36,030 nucleotides of DNA from Rhodothermales bacterium (GCA_040904565.1 JBBDTI010000016.1:96298-132327); one strand, 5' to 3'. Positions 1 through 10,051 are shown, counted from the stretch's first letter. Notes: generated by a model not told the origin, from the letters alone. Program-made: numbers and translations.

Positions 1-35
1 AGACTGTGCGTAAGACTGTGCGTGAGACTGTGCGG
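1..35. repeat. 12-bp tandem repeat (AGACTGTGCGTR), about 3 copies, may extend left of the window
   Basis: agactgtgcgta/agactgtgcgtg/agactgtgcgg read directly at 1-35. Confidence 0.85.
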
Positions 36-52
36 CCACCGGACGCGCCGCA

Positions 53-88
53 ATCAGGCACGCGAGTATCAGGCACGCGAGTATCAGG
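53..88. repeat. 15-bp tandem repeat (ATCAGGCACGCGAGT), 2.4 copies
   Basis: Exact copies at 53-67 and 68-82, plus partial atcagg at 83-88. Confidence 0.85.
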
Positions 89-101
89 GAAGCGAGATGC
101 C

Positions 102-920
102 TCATTCGACCACGATGCTCTTTTCGACGGTATTGCTGGCGAGGCCGGAGAGGTCGACGGCCTGAAAGACGAAGGTATTCGTCCCCCCTTGATTGCTCGA
201 GGCGATCTCGACGACGCGGGTATACCGGCCGTCCCCGGCCACCTCGTCGCCGAGCTCGCCCGTGTCGAACATGTCGAAGCGCGCGGCCGGACTCGCAGCG
301 TTCCAGAACTGGACGGCGTTGATGTTGCGAAGCCCCTCGGGGTCGCTAACGACGGCGACGATCGGTATTCGCTTCGGCTCCTCGCCGAGCTGCGGCCGGT
401 ACACCGTGTCGGGCGCGACGACGAACTCTACGACGGGCGGGCGGCCTACCCCCTCCACGCGGAGCGTGCCTCGCACCTCATTGCTGAGCGTGCCGGCCGC
501 GTCTACGGCATAGACGAGCACGGTATACACGCCGACCTCTCCGACCGGTATCGAAAACTCCGCTCCTCCTACGAACCGGTTTCCGGATACTTGCGTGAGC
601 GTCCCACGAGCCACGCTCGAGGCGCCGGCGACGGGCGACTGAACCACGAACGAGACGGTCTCGAGCGCTCGATCTCCTTCCGTCACGGCGACCTCTATCG
701 ACAGCGGGACGACCAGCGACTCGGATTCGCCTTCCGCCGGCACGGCGACGACATGCGGGGCGAACGAAAACTGAGAGAGCACCGGAGCCCGGCCGAGATC
801 GGCCTGAGGGCCGGGGGCCTGATCGCATGCCGCAACGAGAGCGCAGGCGGCGACGAGCATCGCGGCGACGGGATGGCGGAAGAGCGGCAAGCTGAAGCGT
901 CTCGTTAGGTTCACGTTCAC
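102..920 (-). CDS. Lipoprotein with Ig-like domains and a C-terminal choice-of-anchor X-like motif
   Basis: Hydrophobic segment ending in lipobox-like VAAC. Motif MFDTGELGDEVAGDGRYT resembles the D-D-G-x3-D-x2-A-G-D-G-x-Y pattern. Start placed at GTG 920 after gaagggg; the ORF track extends it to 1022. Confidence 0.65.
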   Translation of the reverse strand: MNVNLTRRFSLPLFRHPVAAMLVAACALVAACDQAPGPQADLGRAPVLSQFSFAPHVVAVPAEGESESLVVPLSIEVAVTEGDRALETVSFVVQSPVAGASSVARGTLTQVSGNRFVGGAEFSIPVGEVGVYTVLVYAVDAAGTLSNEVRGTLRVEGVGRPPVVEFVVAPDTVYRPQLGEEPKRIPIVAVVSDPEGLRNINAVQFWNAASPAARFDMFDTGELGDEVAGDGRYTRVVEIASSNQGGTNTFVFQAVDLSGLASNTVEKSIVVE

Positions 921-1046
921 ATCTACATACGCCCCTTCGCACCGGTGTCTGACCGCGGCGTTCCGCGAAACGATACGGCAACCCTCTTCCAAGGATCCCC
1001 AACCGGAGGCCGCCGCATTCACGCCACGTGCATTTATACCACGTAT

Positions 1047-2261
1047 TTATACCACGTACAGCGGCTTAAAGCTGAAGCACAGAATAAACACGATGATCGC
1101 GAGGACGGCGAGCACCTTGCGCTCCCGCGTCAGCGGTCGCTCGTGCAGCACGGGGGGATGGTCGATCTTGACCAGATAGATCAACAGCAGACACCACAAC
1201 AACCATCCGCTGTAGGCATATTCCTGCATCCACGTTGCTCCCGAATTCGCCACCACAACCAGCACCATGAGCGCCAGCAGCGCCGGTACGATCTGCTTCA
1301 GCGACCCGTCGAACAGCTTCGTCAGGTAGAAATACAGCACCGCGGCAAGGAGAAACCAGGATGTGTCTCCTGCCAGCGGACTGGCCTCGTAGAGCATCGG
1401 AACGGCTTCGATCACGAATCCGATGGCACCGGAGAGCAGCAGCACGAGAAAAAATCCACGTGCCAGCCGGCCGTGCCATTTGCGCCCGAAGAGGGCGTAG
1501 ATGATGTGTCCCCCGTCAAGCTGTCCGACCGGCAGCAGATTCAATGCCGTGAAGAACAGTCCCAGCCAGCCGGCAAACAGCATGGGATAGTGATACATTT
1601 CCCACATCGGCGGCACGCCGGCGAAAAACTGCTTCAGGATCCAGTACAGCAGCGTGTCGCCGACGACCAGCGTGACCGCCCCCTCGCCGGACTCCAGCAT
1701 CTGCGTGGGGTATTCCCCGAATTGCTCGACGTAATGCTGGATGGCTTCGTGTCCGCCCCCCAAGCCGAAGATGTAGGACGGCGGCGGCAGCGTGGCGAAA
1801 GCATAGAGGAGAATGCCCAGGGCGACGACGAATCCGGCCAGGGGTCCGGCCGCGCCGATGTCGAACAGCTTGCGCAGGCTCGGTACGGGTTCGCGGATGC
1901 GTATGACCGCGCCGAGCGTTCCGACGCCGACGAAGGGGAGGGGTATAAAATACGGCAGCGACGTCGAGACGCCGTGCGCACGCGCGGCGAAATAGTGCCC
2001 GAACTCGTGGACCGTCAGAAAGAAGAGCAGCGAAAGCCCGAACCGGAGTCCGTCCAGCACGAACTGCATGACGCCGTACTCCCCGTAGATCGCCCAGCGA
2101 CCGGCCAGATTACCGCCTTCGTACACCGTCGTGAGCAGCGTCACGAAAAAGAGGAGCAGATGCAGCCAGTACCGGTCCTTGTGCTCCGTCGCGTCTCCGC
2201 GAGATGCGGAGGACGTGCGGTCCTTCAGCCAGTTCGTTCGTGCGGACACTCCCGGCTCCAC
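1047..2261 (-). CDS. Site-2 protease family (peptidase M50) intramembrane metalloprotease
   Basis: HEFGH zinc motif, IGAAGPLAG, NLLPVGQLDGGH and many TM segments. Confidence 0.93.
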   Translation of the reverse strand: MEPGVSARTNWLKDRTSSASRGDATEHKDRYWLHLLLFFVTLLTTVYEGGNLAGRWAIYGEYGVMQFVLDGLRFGLSLLFFLTVHEFGHYFAARAHGVSTSLPYFIPLPFVGVGTLGAVIRIREPVPSLRKLFDIGAAGPLAGFVVALGILLYAFATLPPPSYIFGLGGGHEAIQHYVEQFGEYPTQMLESGEGAVTLVVGDTLLYWILKQFFAGVPPMWEMYHYPMLFAGWLGLFFTALNLLPVGQLDGGHIIYALFGRKWHGRLARGFFLVLLLSGAIGFVIEAVPMLYEASPLAGDTSWFLLAAVLYFYLTKLFDGSLKQIVPALLALMVLVVVANSGATWMQEYAYSGWLLWCLLLIYLVKIDHPPVLHERPLTRERKVLAVLAIIVFILCFSFKPLYVV

Positions 2262-2303
2262 GATATAGACTCCTCTGGGTGATCGACAGCGACGAAACGT
2301 GCT

Positions 2304-3512
2304 CTAGCGGAGGGCGGACAAACCCCGTTCGACCCTGTCCATCGCTTCGCCCAGATCCTCCATCGAGGCGGCGTACGAGATCCTCAGTCCGTCCGGCGAA
2401 CCGAACGCGTCTCCCGGCACGAGCGCCACGTGGTGCTCTTCAAGAAGGTAGAAGCAAAGGTCTTCGCTCGTCTCGATCGACCGTCCATCGGGCGAGCTGG
2501 AGTCGAAGTAGGCGGAAACGTCCGGGAACAGGTAGAAGGCACCCTCCGGACGCGGACAGCGAAGGCCCTCGATGCCGCTCAGGCGATCGAGCATGTAGTC
2601 GCGCCGCTCGCGAAAAGCGGTGACCATATCGCGGACGTAGGATCCCTCCAGGCCGAGCGCCGCGATGCCCGCCCGCTGCGTGATGCTCGACGGCGCCGAC
2701 GTGAACTGGCTCTGCACCTTCGCGGCGGCCTTCACGATGGGCCGCGGTCCGGCCAGATAGCCCAGACGCCACCCGGTCATCGCATACGCCTTCGAAAAGC
2801 CGTTGACCGTGATCGTCCGATCCTTCATCCCATCCAGCGACGCAAACGACGTATGCTCGGCATCGAAGATGACCAGTTCGTAGATCTCGTCCGACAGCAC
2901 GAATACGTCCGGGTAGCGGCGGAGAACCTCCGCGATGGCCTGGAGCTCGTCCGGCGGATACACCGATCCGGTGGGATTCGAGGGAGAGCAGAGAATGAGG
3001 AGCCGGGTGTCGTCCGTAATGGCCTGCTCGAGGTCTGCCGGACTCACGCGATACTCGTCCGCCGCCGTCGTCGGCAGCGCAACCGGCGTCCCGCCCGCCA
3101 GGCGCACCATCTCCGGATAGCTGACCCAGTAGGGAGCCGGTATCAACACCTCATCGCCCGGACGGCAGAGAGACAGGATCGAGAGCGCGACGGACTGCTT
3201 CGCGCCGTTCGAGCAGAGCACCTGGTCAGGTGCGTAGCTCAGGCCGTTGTTCGTTTCGAGCTTCCGGCATATGGCTTCGCGGAGCTCGGGCATGCCGAGA
3301 TTCTCGGTGTAGTGCGTGAAGCCGTCCCGAATGGCCTCGATGCCGGCCTCCGCTATCGGAGCGGGGGTATCGAAATCCGGTTCACCGGCACTCAGGCCGA
3401 TGATCGGAAGCCCCTCTCGCTTGAGCTGCTTGGCCCGCGCCGTCATGGCGAGCGTGGCGGACGGTTGAACGGCTTCGACGTTCGGGTTGAATCGAATGGT
3501 CTCAGGCATCAT
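2304..3512 (-). CDS. PLP-dependent aminotransferase class I/II (aspartate aminotransferase-like)
   Basis: GEPDFDTP, SPSNPTG, SDEIY and SKAYAMTGWRLG (PLP lysine). Confidence 0.93.
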   Translation of the reverse strand: MMPETIRFNPNVEAVQPSATLAMTARAKQLKREGLPIIGLSAGEPDFDTPAPIAEAGIEAIRDGFTHYTENLGMPELREAICRKLETNNGLSYAPDQVLCSNGAKQSVALSILSLCRPGDEVLIPAPYWVSYPEMVRLAGGTPVALPTTAADEYRVSPADLEQAITDDTRLLILCSPSNPTGSVYPPDELQAIAEVLRRYPDVFVLSDEIYELVIFDAEHTSFASLDGMKDRTITVNGFSKAYAMTGWRLGYLAGPRPIVKAAAKVQSQFTSAPSSITQRAGIAALGLEGSYVRDMVTAFRERRDYMLDRLSGIEGLRCPRPEGAFYLFPDVSAYFDSSSPDGRSIETSEDLCFYLLEEHHVALVPGDAFGSPDGLRISYAASMEDLGEAMDRVERGLSALR

Positions 3513-3552
3513 ATCGAATGAATGGATTGGTCGACGTCAGGTACGGAAACAG

Positions 3553-4029
3553 TTACGAACGTTTGCGTTCGAGGGCGTCCACGACAGGAGGCGGCACGAA
3601 AGGTGACACGTCGCCTCCCCAGCGGTGAATGTCCCGCACGATGGTGGCACTGATGAAGGCGTGTCTCCCCGAAGCCGGAAGGAATACGGTTTCCAGATCT
3701 CCATGAAGTTCTTTGTTCGCGAGCGCCATGCGCATCTCGTAATCGAAATCACTCACCTGCCGAAGCCCACGCACGAGGGCGATGGCGCCGGTCTCTTTCG
3801 CACGGTCCGCGATCAGTCCTTCATGCGCTGCCACGTCGATACGATCCACGTGACCGACGCATTTACGAATTAATTCACACCGCTCGTCGATCGTAAAGAC
3901 CGACGTCTTGTCGGCATTCACGGCCACCGTCACTTCGACGCGGTCGAAGATCGAGCGCGCTCGTTCGAGAATATCGAGGTGCCCGAACGTGAACGGGTCG
4001 AAGGTACCGGGATACAGGGCAAGCTTCAT
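3553..4029 (-). CDS. coaD: Pantetheine-phosphate adenylyltransferase
   Basis: YPGTFDPFTFGH, RGLRQVSDFDYE and ISATIVR motifs; 158 aa. Confidence 0.97.
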   Translation of the reverse strand: MKLALYPGTFDPFTFGHLDILERARSIFDRVEVTVAVNADKTSVFTIDERCELIRKCVGHVDRIDVAAHEGLIADRAKETGAIALVRGLRQVSDFDYEMRMALANKELHGDLETVFLPASGRHAFISATIVRDIHRWGGDVSPFVPPPVVDALERKRS

Positions 4030-4628
4030 GGCGCTTCGCTTTCGTTAGCAGCATCCGAGGCTTCCTCGCCATCACCGCCTACGGGCGATGGCCGGAATAC
4101 GGAGACGAACGTACGACCATACGGACGACACGTGTCCAGGTTGGGGTGCCGCGGATTTTCGTCAAAAAAGATATGTTTGTCGTGCTCGAGGATAAACAGC
4201 CCCCCTGGAGCTACGTGCGGCAGGGCGAGGTCGGGCATCTCGGGCATGGCGTCAAGATCGTAGGGAGGATCCGCAACGATGAAGTCGAAAGGCGGTCCGG
4301 AGTATCTCCGGAGATACTTCACGGCATCAGCGCGAAGAAAGATGCACTGGTCCTCTACGCCCAGTTCAGCGGCATTCCGGCGGGCAAACTTGAGCACACG
4401 ACCCACCTTTTCCACAAACGTGACGGTTTCTGCACCGCGGCTGAGCGCCTCCAGTCCGATGGCGCCCGTACCCGCAAACAGATCCAGCACGTGGGCGCCC
4501 CGAAGATCCATTCGACTGGTGACGAGGTGAAAGAGCGACTCTCGCGTCTGGCTCATGGTCGGACGCGTGAGGTGCCCCTTCGGAGAGAACAGCTTTCTCC
4601 GTGCGTACTTCCCCGCAATAATCCTCAT
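4026..4628 (-). CDS. rsmD: 16S rRNA m2G966 methyltransferase
   Basis: MRIIAG start at ATG 4628, TRPT, LDLFAGTGAIGLEALSRG, DPPY; ATGA overlap with coaD. Confidence 0.95.
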   Translation of the reverse strand: MRIIAGKYARRKLFSPKGHLTRPTMSQTRESLFHLVTSRMDLRGAHVLDLFAGTGAIGLEALSRGAETVTFVEKVGRVLKFARRNAAELGVEDQCIFLRADAVKYLRRYSGPPFDFIVADPPYDLDAMPEMPDLALPHVAPGGLFILEHDKHIFFDENPRHPNLDTCRPYGRTFVSVFRPSPVGGDGEEASDAANESEAP

Positions 4629-4772
4629 GACACGATGCTCTTCGACTACCTGGATGAATCGATTCGAACGCATCCGGGCCCGGAGGGTCCGGCGCTGCGC
4701 GATGTGTCAACGGCCCCGGACGCCCACTTAAATTCGGCCCGGACGGGCGCCGGCAGATATAAATCAGCTGCC

Positions 4773-5684
4773 CTACAGCGCGGCGCCGATACAGCCTGCA
4801 TACCCCTCAGCTCCGAAATCGGCTCCGAACCCCCCTTGATCCACGTCGAGCACGGTAAGCGGATTCAGCAGGCTAACCTCCGAATCGAACACGGATTCAA
4901 GATCTGAAAAGTGCCCCGGATCGGCATCCGTTCCATACAGATACACCGCGTCGATGTCTCGCGGACGCAAGCCGAACCGATCGGCCACGTGTGCGCCGAA
5001 GAACGCCACGTCTAGAGGCGGAACGGGGTCGGTATACGTGTTGAAGTGCACCACACCGTCACGGCAAAGCACGTACTCGACGCAGTGAGGAAACATGCCG
5101 ATGGCCAGCGAGAAACCGCTCGGATCGATCGCGTGCGCCGGCGGCGCTACGTGGATGAGCGTCGATGCGGCCGCGTGCATGCTGACGACAAGTCGTTTCG
5201 CCGGCTGCGGAAGCGGATTGACGATGCGGTAAATCCGTTCGTGCACGGCTTCTTCCACGGCTAGAACCTGCACCCAGTCGACCGTGCTGCCGTCGTCGAG
5301 CGACTCGGATCGGACCAAGTCGGCGGTAATGTGCAGCGATCGTTCCGTACCCGCGAGAAGCGCGGCCTCTTGCTGGAGCCGCACGTTCCGTCGCGTCTCG
5401 GACGATCCTGCAGGAAGCGGTGAGAGGAACGAGTAGCAATCCGGTGGATGGATCGCCACGTGAAGCACCTCTGTGACCGATCCGGAAAAGACGTCCCCGA
5501 GAGCGTCCGAGACGATCGTTATGCTCTCGTCACTCGGGTTCGAAAGCACACCTTCCGCCACGTCGAACTCGAAATCGCAGCTCCCCAATCGGAGCAGGCG
5601 ATACCGCGGGCCGTACTTTTCGATCTCGGCGTAACGCAGGCTGCGGCCGACAATGTCGATCCCTGCCCGGGCGTGTGCTTCCAT
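4773..5684 (-). CDS. Hypothetical protein, PilM/actin-like fold suspected (DUF3822-like position upstream of rsmD)
   Basis: N-terminal AGIDIVGRSLRYAE, VYLYG, LLNP and C-terminal YAGCIGAAL resemble PilM/FtsA-type patterns; co-oriented with rsmD-coaD. Confidence 0.5.
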   Translation of the reverse strand: MEAHARAGIDIVGRSLRYAEIEKYGPRYRLLRLGSCDFEFDVAEGVLSNPSDESITIVSDALGDVFSGSVTEVLHVAIHPPDCYSFLSPLPAGSSETRRNVRLQQEAALLAGTERSLHITADLVRSESLDDGSTVDWVQVLAVEEAVHERIYRIVNPLPQPAKRLVVSMHAAASTLIHVAPPAHAIDPSGFSLAIGMFPHCVEYVLCRDGVVHFNTYTDPVPPLDVAFFGAHVADRFGLRPRDIDAVYLYGTDADPGHFSDLESVFDSEVSLLNPLTVLDVDQGGFGADFGAEGYAGCIGAAL

Positions 5685-5774
5685 GGACTCGGATGCTCAA
5701 GCACGATGTGAAATAAGGGCCGTGCGTGCGACACGGAGGCGTACGGAGAGAGGCTTCGCAGCCCGGCCACGTCG

Positions 5775-6236
5775 CTACTCCCAGCTCGCGGCGTTCAGCG
5801 CCGTCGGATCAGGCTCCAGCGTACCGATAACGTCGTCGGAATCCGGATCGCGAAGCTCGTACATCATCACGCGCGCCGTATCGTTGACCTCATACTCGAA
5901 CGACTCGCCCGTGCGAGGAGAATAGATCAGCGAATCGAGATCGGCATCCGCGCCGAAGAGGCTGTCCCGCTGCGCCAGGATCGTTGAGTCGGTCTGGACC
6001 CACGTATGAAGAGAGTCGAGCGTCATGGGGAATCGGTCCAATCGCTCCTCGTACCGGATGAGCGCCGCGCGTACGTCGCTCATTCGTTCACGCGTCATCT
6101 GCGTCAGCTCTTCCTGGCGCTCGATGACCTTCCAGGGCTCGGTAATGGAGACGTAGAGCCAGTAGCCCAGCACGACGATAGCGATCCCGAGAAGGATCTG
6201 AATGCCAGTGCGAATTCTTTGGCTGGTTGAAGCCAT
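5775..6236 (-). CDS. Conserved hypothetical protein with a single N-terminal TM helix
   Basis: IQILLGIAIVVLGYWLYVSI TM followed by a helical soluble region; ggag SD-like sequence upstream. Confidence 0.8.
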   Translation of the reverse strand: MASTSQRIRTGIQILLGIAIVVLGYWLYVSITEPWKVIERQEELTQMTRERMSDVRAALIRYEERLDRFPMTLDSLHTWVQTDSTILAQRDSLFGADADLDSLIYSPRTGESFEYEVNDTARVMMYELRDPDSDDVIGTLEPDPTALNAASWE

Positions 6237-6576
6237 AGTGATATTCTGCTCCCGCGTTGTTTATTGCCTAATCCAAATTAGTAAGAAAGTGGGAGGCTGC
6301 CGCTCCGTTTTTATGCCGGTCGAAAATACACGAAGCCCCTCCGAAAAGCAACCTGACGACCATCGGGAAAACGGGTGAGGTCGCTCGTCGCTACCTACCA
6401 ATATACATGTTTCGGGCACTACATTATTTGCCCGATACGGAAACGCACCATTTCGAACGCCTGTCAATCTTCAGCGTTTACTGACCGGATGTGTTTCGAG
6501 CCGCCGATTCCGATATTGAGGCCGATGCCGATATGGAGACGGACTTTCCCGACAACGAGTGGTGACAACCTCTACG

Positions 6577-7305
6577 ATGGACACGAACCTGCTGATAAAC
6601 ATCGACCACGTCGCAACGCTGAGAAACGCGCGGAGAGAGGCGTTCCCGGATCCGGTTCATGCGGCCCTGCTCGTCGAATCGGCCGGCGCGGACGGGATCG
6701 TGTTCCACCTGCGTGAAGATCGGCGGCACATCACCGAGCGCGACGTGTACCTTTTGAAGGAGGTCGTACGGTCGAAGATCGACTTCGAGCTGTCGATGGA
6801 CGACGAAATCGTCGGGATCTGCTGCGACGTGCAACCGGATCTGGCTACGCTCGTGCCGGAACGACGCGAAGAGGTAACGACGGAAGGCGGACTGGACGTC
6901 CGCGCCGGCGGAAGCCGGCTTCGCGATGTCGTAGCGCGTCTTTATGAATCCGGTATCGAGGAGGTAGCACTCTTCGTGGATCCTGACCCGGAGCAGATCG
7001 AAGCGGCCGCGGAAACCGGAGCCAACTGCATCGAGCTGCATACGGGCGACTTTGCCAACGCCGAAACGCAGTCGGATCGCGAGCGCCTCGCTCGAGAGCT
7101 CGGCGCGGCGGCCGAACGGGCGGCAGAGGTCGGGCTCGTCGTACACGCCGGACACGGACTCGACTATCACAACTATCGTATCTTCGACGACATCGTCCCG
7201 CACGTCCGTGAAGTATCGATCGGTTTCGCCGTCGTGGCACGCGCCGTACTCGTCGGCATGGACGAAGCCGTTCGCGACATGCTGCGGATCGTTAAGAGAG
7301 GATAG
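6577..7305 (+). CDS. pdxJ: Pyridoxine 5'-phosphate synthase
   Basis: INIDHVATLRNAR, HLREDRRHI, TTEGGLD, IELHTG and HAGHGLDY. Confidence 0.97.
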   Translation: MDTNLLINIDHVATLRNARREAFPDPVHAALLVESAGADGIVFHLREDRRHITERDVYLLKEVVRSKIDFELSMDDEIVGICCDVQPDLATLVPERREEVTTEGGLDVRAGGSRLRDVVARLYESGIEEVALFVDPDPEQIEAAAETGANCIELHTGDFANAETQSDRERLARELGAAAERAAEVGLVVHAGHGLDYHNYRIFDDIVPHVREVSIGFAVVARAVLVGMDEAVRDMLRIVKRG

Positions 7306-7315
7306 GCATTCAGGG

Positions 7316-8263
7316 ATGACGGATGCCCCGATCAATCCCGCCGCGAAAGCCATGGACACGACTCCCCTTATGCCCGAAGAGGTCCCGAAAGGGCACCAGA
7401 GCGGCTACATCGCCCTCATCGGAAAGCCGAACGTGGGCAAGAGCACGCTCATGAATGCCCTCGTCGGTCGAAAGCTCTCGATCGTAACGAGGAAACCTCA
7501 AACCACGCGCCACCGCGTGCTCGGCATCCTGTCGTCGGACGCGTATCAGATCATCTTCCTCGATACGCCCGGGATCATCAAGCCCCGCTATCGCCTGCAC
7601 GAATCCATGATGCACAGCGTCCAGGATGCCATACGGGACGCCGACCTGCTCGTCTTCATGGCCGATGCCACGACGAGCACGCCGGACGAGTTCAGCCTGG
7701 ACTTCATCAAGGATCATCCGGCCATCCTCGCCATCAATAAGATGGACCGCATCCGGAAGGAGGACGCCCTCCCCCTCGTCGAGTCCTACATGGAGATCAG
7801 GGACTTCGACGCCGTGGTCCCCATTTCCGCGACGGAGGAGACCAACCTCGACGTCCTCCTCGAGGAGATCGTCGATCGCCTGCCGGCGGGACCGCCGTTC
7901 TATCCCAAAGAGATGATCAGCGAACACCCCGAGCGCTTCTTCGTGGCGGAAATCGTTCGTGAGAAGATCTTCGAACAGTACCGTCAGGAGATACCGTACT
8001 CGGTTCAGGTAAACGTCGTGCAGTTCGAAGAACGAGACGGCGAACGGGATTTCGTATCCGCTGAGATCGTGGTCGCCCGCGACGCGCAAAAAGGCATCCT
8101 TATCGGCAAGGGAGGAAGCGCGCTGAAGCAACTGGGTATCGCGGCCCGGAAGGACATCGAAGCTTTTCTAGAACGCTCGATCTATCTCGACCTGCACGTA
8201 AAGGTGCGCGAGGACTGGCGCGACCGCCCCGCCTATCTCAAGTCCTACGGCTATCGTTCTTGA
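7316..8263 (+). CDS. era: GTPase Era
   Basis: GKPNVGKS, PQTTR, DTPG, NKMD and KH domain IGKGG; start at ATG 7316 or a slightly later ATG. Confidence 0.97.
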   Translation: MTDAPINPAAKAMDTTPLMPEEVPKGHQSGYIALIGKPNVGKSTLMNALVGRKLSIVTRKPQTTRHRVLGILSSDAYQIIFLDTPGIIKPRYRLHESMMHSVQDAIRDADLLVFMADATTSTPDEFSLDFIKDHPAILAINKMDRIRKEDALPLVESYMEIRDFDAVVPISATEETNLDVLLEEIVDRLPAGPPFYPKEMISEHPERFFVAEIVREKIFEQYRQEIPYSVQVNVVQFEERDGERDFVSAEIVVARDAQKGILIGKGGSALKQLGIAARKDIEAFLERSIYLDLHVKVREDWRDRPAYLKSYGYRS

Positions 8264-8343
8264 TGTCGAGGTCGATCGGCCGGTCCGGAGCTCCGGCCCG
8301 CTCCCCTGACGACGGCCCGGGAAATCCGTCTCCCTCCACCGAA

Positions 8344-9531
8344 CTACCGCCCCGTCCCGGGCGAACCATCCAGCCGTACGCCCACCCCCTTCTCGACGGC
8401 CTGTCGATACGGTTCCGGTACGTGATCGGCCCGAAGGTGATAGGCACCAAAGGTTCGCCGTTTGGGATACGTCCGCCGCAGTCCGGTAAAATGGTCGGTC
8501 GCCCGATCGGCGTCCAGCGGCCACTCCAGCCGCATCCCGCGGTCGTCGGCCGCAACGTCGTACATCCCCTTCACGAGATGATGCAGCCAGTCCGTCTCCG
8601 GCAGCGCGGGATCGGGCGAAACGGCTTCGACGCTTGACATATCGACGATGTCGTGGATCCCGGGCGGGTCCACACCGAGATGATCGGCCAGCGCGTCGAG
8701 AAGCATCAACGCCCCATTGACCTTCCCCTCGTAAGAATATCCGGCGATGTGTGGCGTCGCGATATGTACGCGCTCGACCAGCCCAGAAGCGGGGATCGGC
8801 TCGTTCTCCCATACGTCGAGCGCCACGGCCGCCGGGCCGCCGGCCCGCATGGCGTCCAGCAAGGCTTCGTTGTCGACGACCGGACCGCGGGAGGTGTTGA
8901 GCAGCCAGGCATGCGGGCCGAGTACATCCAGTTCCTTCGGGCCGATCAAATGGTACGTGGCATCCGGGCCCGTACTCGTCAGCGGAACGTGGCACGTGAG
9001 CACGTCAGCCTGCTCGAGCACGTCGCCGAGTGGGTGGTAGGAATGGGTCAGGCCCGCCGCCTCGGCCTGGCGCGCCAGGGGCGGATCGTTTTTCAAGACG
9101 TTCATGCCGAGTGCACGGAAGCGGCGCGCGACGCGGCTGCCTACGCTCCCGCATCCGACGACGCCGAGCACCTTGCCGCGCAGCGATTCGCGCCCCCGTA
9201 TGGCAAACACCAGGAGTACGGCCAGCACGTACTCGACGACGGAGTCCGCATTAGACGCCGGCGCGGAGGCCCAGGAAATCTCGTGTTGATGCAGATAATC
9301 GGTCTCAATATGATCCGTCCCAATCGTCGCCGTACCGACGAATCGGATGCGCGTGCCCTTCAACAAATTCTCATCCACGCGGGTAACGCTGCGAACGAGC
9401 AGCACGTCCGCATCCTCCAGCTTCTCTCGAGTAATGGCCCGGCCGGGAAGCAGGCGGACCTCCCCCATCTTTCCAAACAGATCCCGTGCCAGCGGAATGT
9501 TCTCGTCGGCGACGATGCGCAAAGTCGGCAT
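8344..9531 (-). CDS. pdxB: 4-phosphoerythronate dehydrogenase
   Basis: IVADENIP, LLVRSVT, GTATIGTDH, GCGSVG, DVWENEP and TPHIAGYS; ATG at 9531. Confidence 0.93.
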   Translation of the reverse strand: MPTLRIVADENIPLARDLFGKMGEVRLLPGRAITREKLEDADVLLVRSVTRVDENLLKGTRIRFVGTATIGTDHIETDYLHQHEISWASAPASNADSVVEYVLAVLLVFAIRGRESLRGKVLGVVGCGSVGSRVARRFRALGMNVLKNDPPLARQAEAAGLTHSYHPLGDVLEQADVLTCHVPLTSTGPDATYHLIGPKELDVLGPHAWLLNTSRGPVVDNEALLDAMRAGGPAAVALDVWENEPIPASGLVERVHIATPHIAGYSYEGKVNGALMLLDALADHLGVDPPGIHDIVDMSSVEAVSPDPALPETDWLHHLVKGMYDVAADDRGMRLEWPLDADRATDHFTGLRRTYPKRRTFGAYHLRADHVPEPYRQAVEKGVGVRLDGSPGTGR

Positions 9532-10051
9532 ATAGTTTGTGTAACGGATGGATGAACAAAACGGACCGTCTACGATCAGAACGGGATCCAAACGAATCGT
9601 GACGAGGAAATTACGAACGCAACACACCCTCAACCAACCGCCCCGGCGGGGCAGACAACCCGCCCCGAACATCGTAAACACAACAGGAATGAGCCGAATG
9701 CGATGTTTTCGCGTCCTTCCGTTGAAGACCGAATGAAGGCGTGCCGGGAATTCATCATCCTCTCAAGTGAAGGGGGAGTGAAATTCCTCCCTGATATCCA
9801 TAACCACTTGATTTGTCAACGTTTATAGCTGCCGGAAACTCATGAAACCTACCTATACACGGTTCGTTGATGCTGCCGGAACACGAGCTGCGTGAACGTA
9901 ATGGTTTTCGGTATCTCCGATGGAGGACGGCTTGGATGTCCTTCCGGGAGGAAGGCTGGGACGACGACTCGAAGCGTACGGGTCGTACCAACGTAGACTG
10001 GACGTCGTCAGACGCCGGATTCGGAATTCGTTTCACAGACATCGTGATTAG

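Noticed and set aside
1-88. Possible CRISPR array (also considered at 16499-16580 and 31188-31247)
   Set aside because: Units are 12-24 bp, directly adjacent, with no unique spacers and no cas genes
7052-7315. N-terminal extension of era, and similar extensions of pdxB, bshA, MBL, csp, ybeY and rsmD in the ORF track
   Set aside because: They overlap upstream genes or lack homology-like sequence; downstream ATGs match family starts
6577-9531. pdxJ-era-pdxB clustering as a novelty
   Set aside because: pdxJ linkage to era is well known and both pdx genes belong to the standard DXP-dependent B6 pathway
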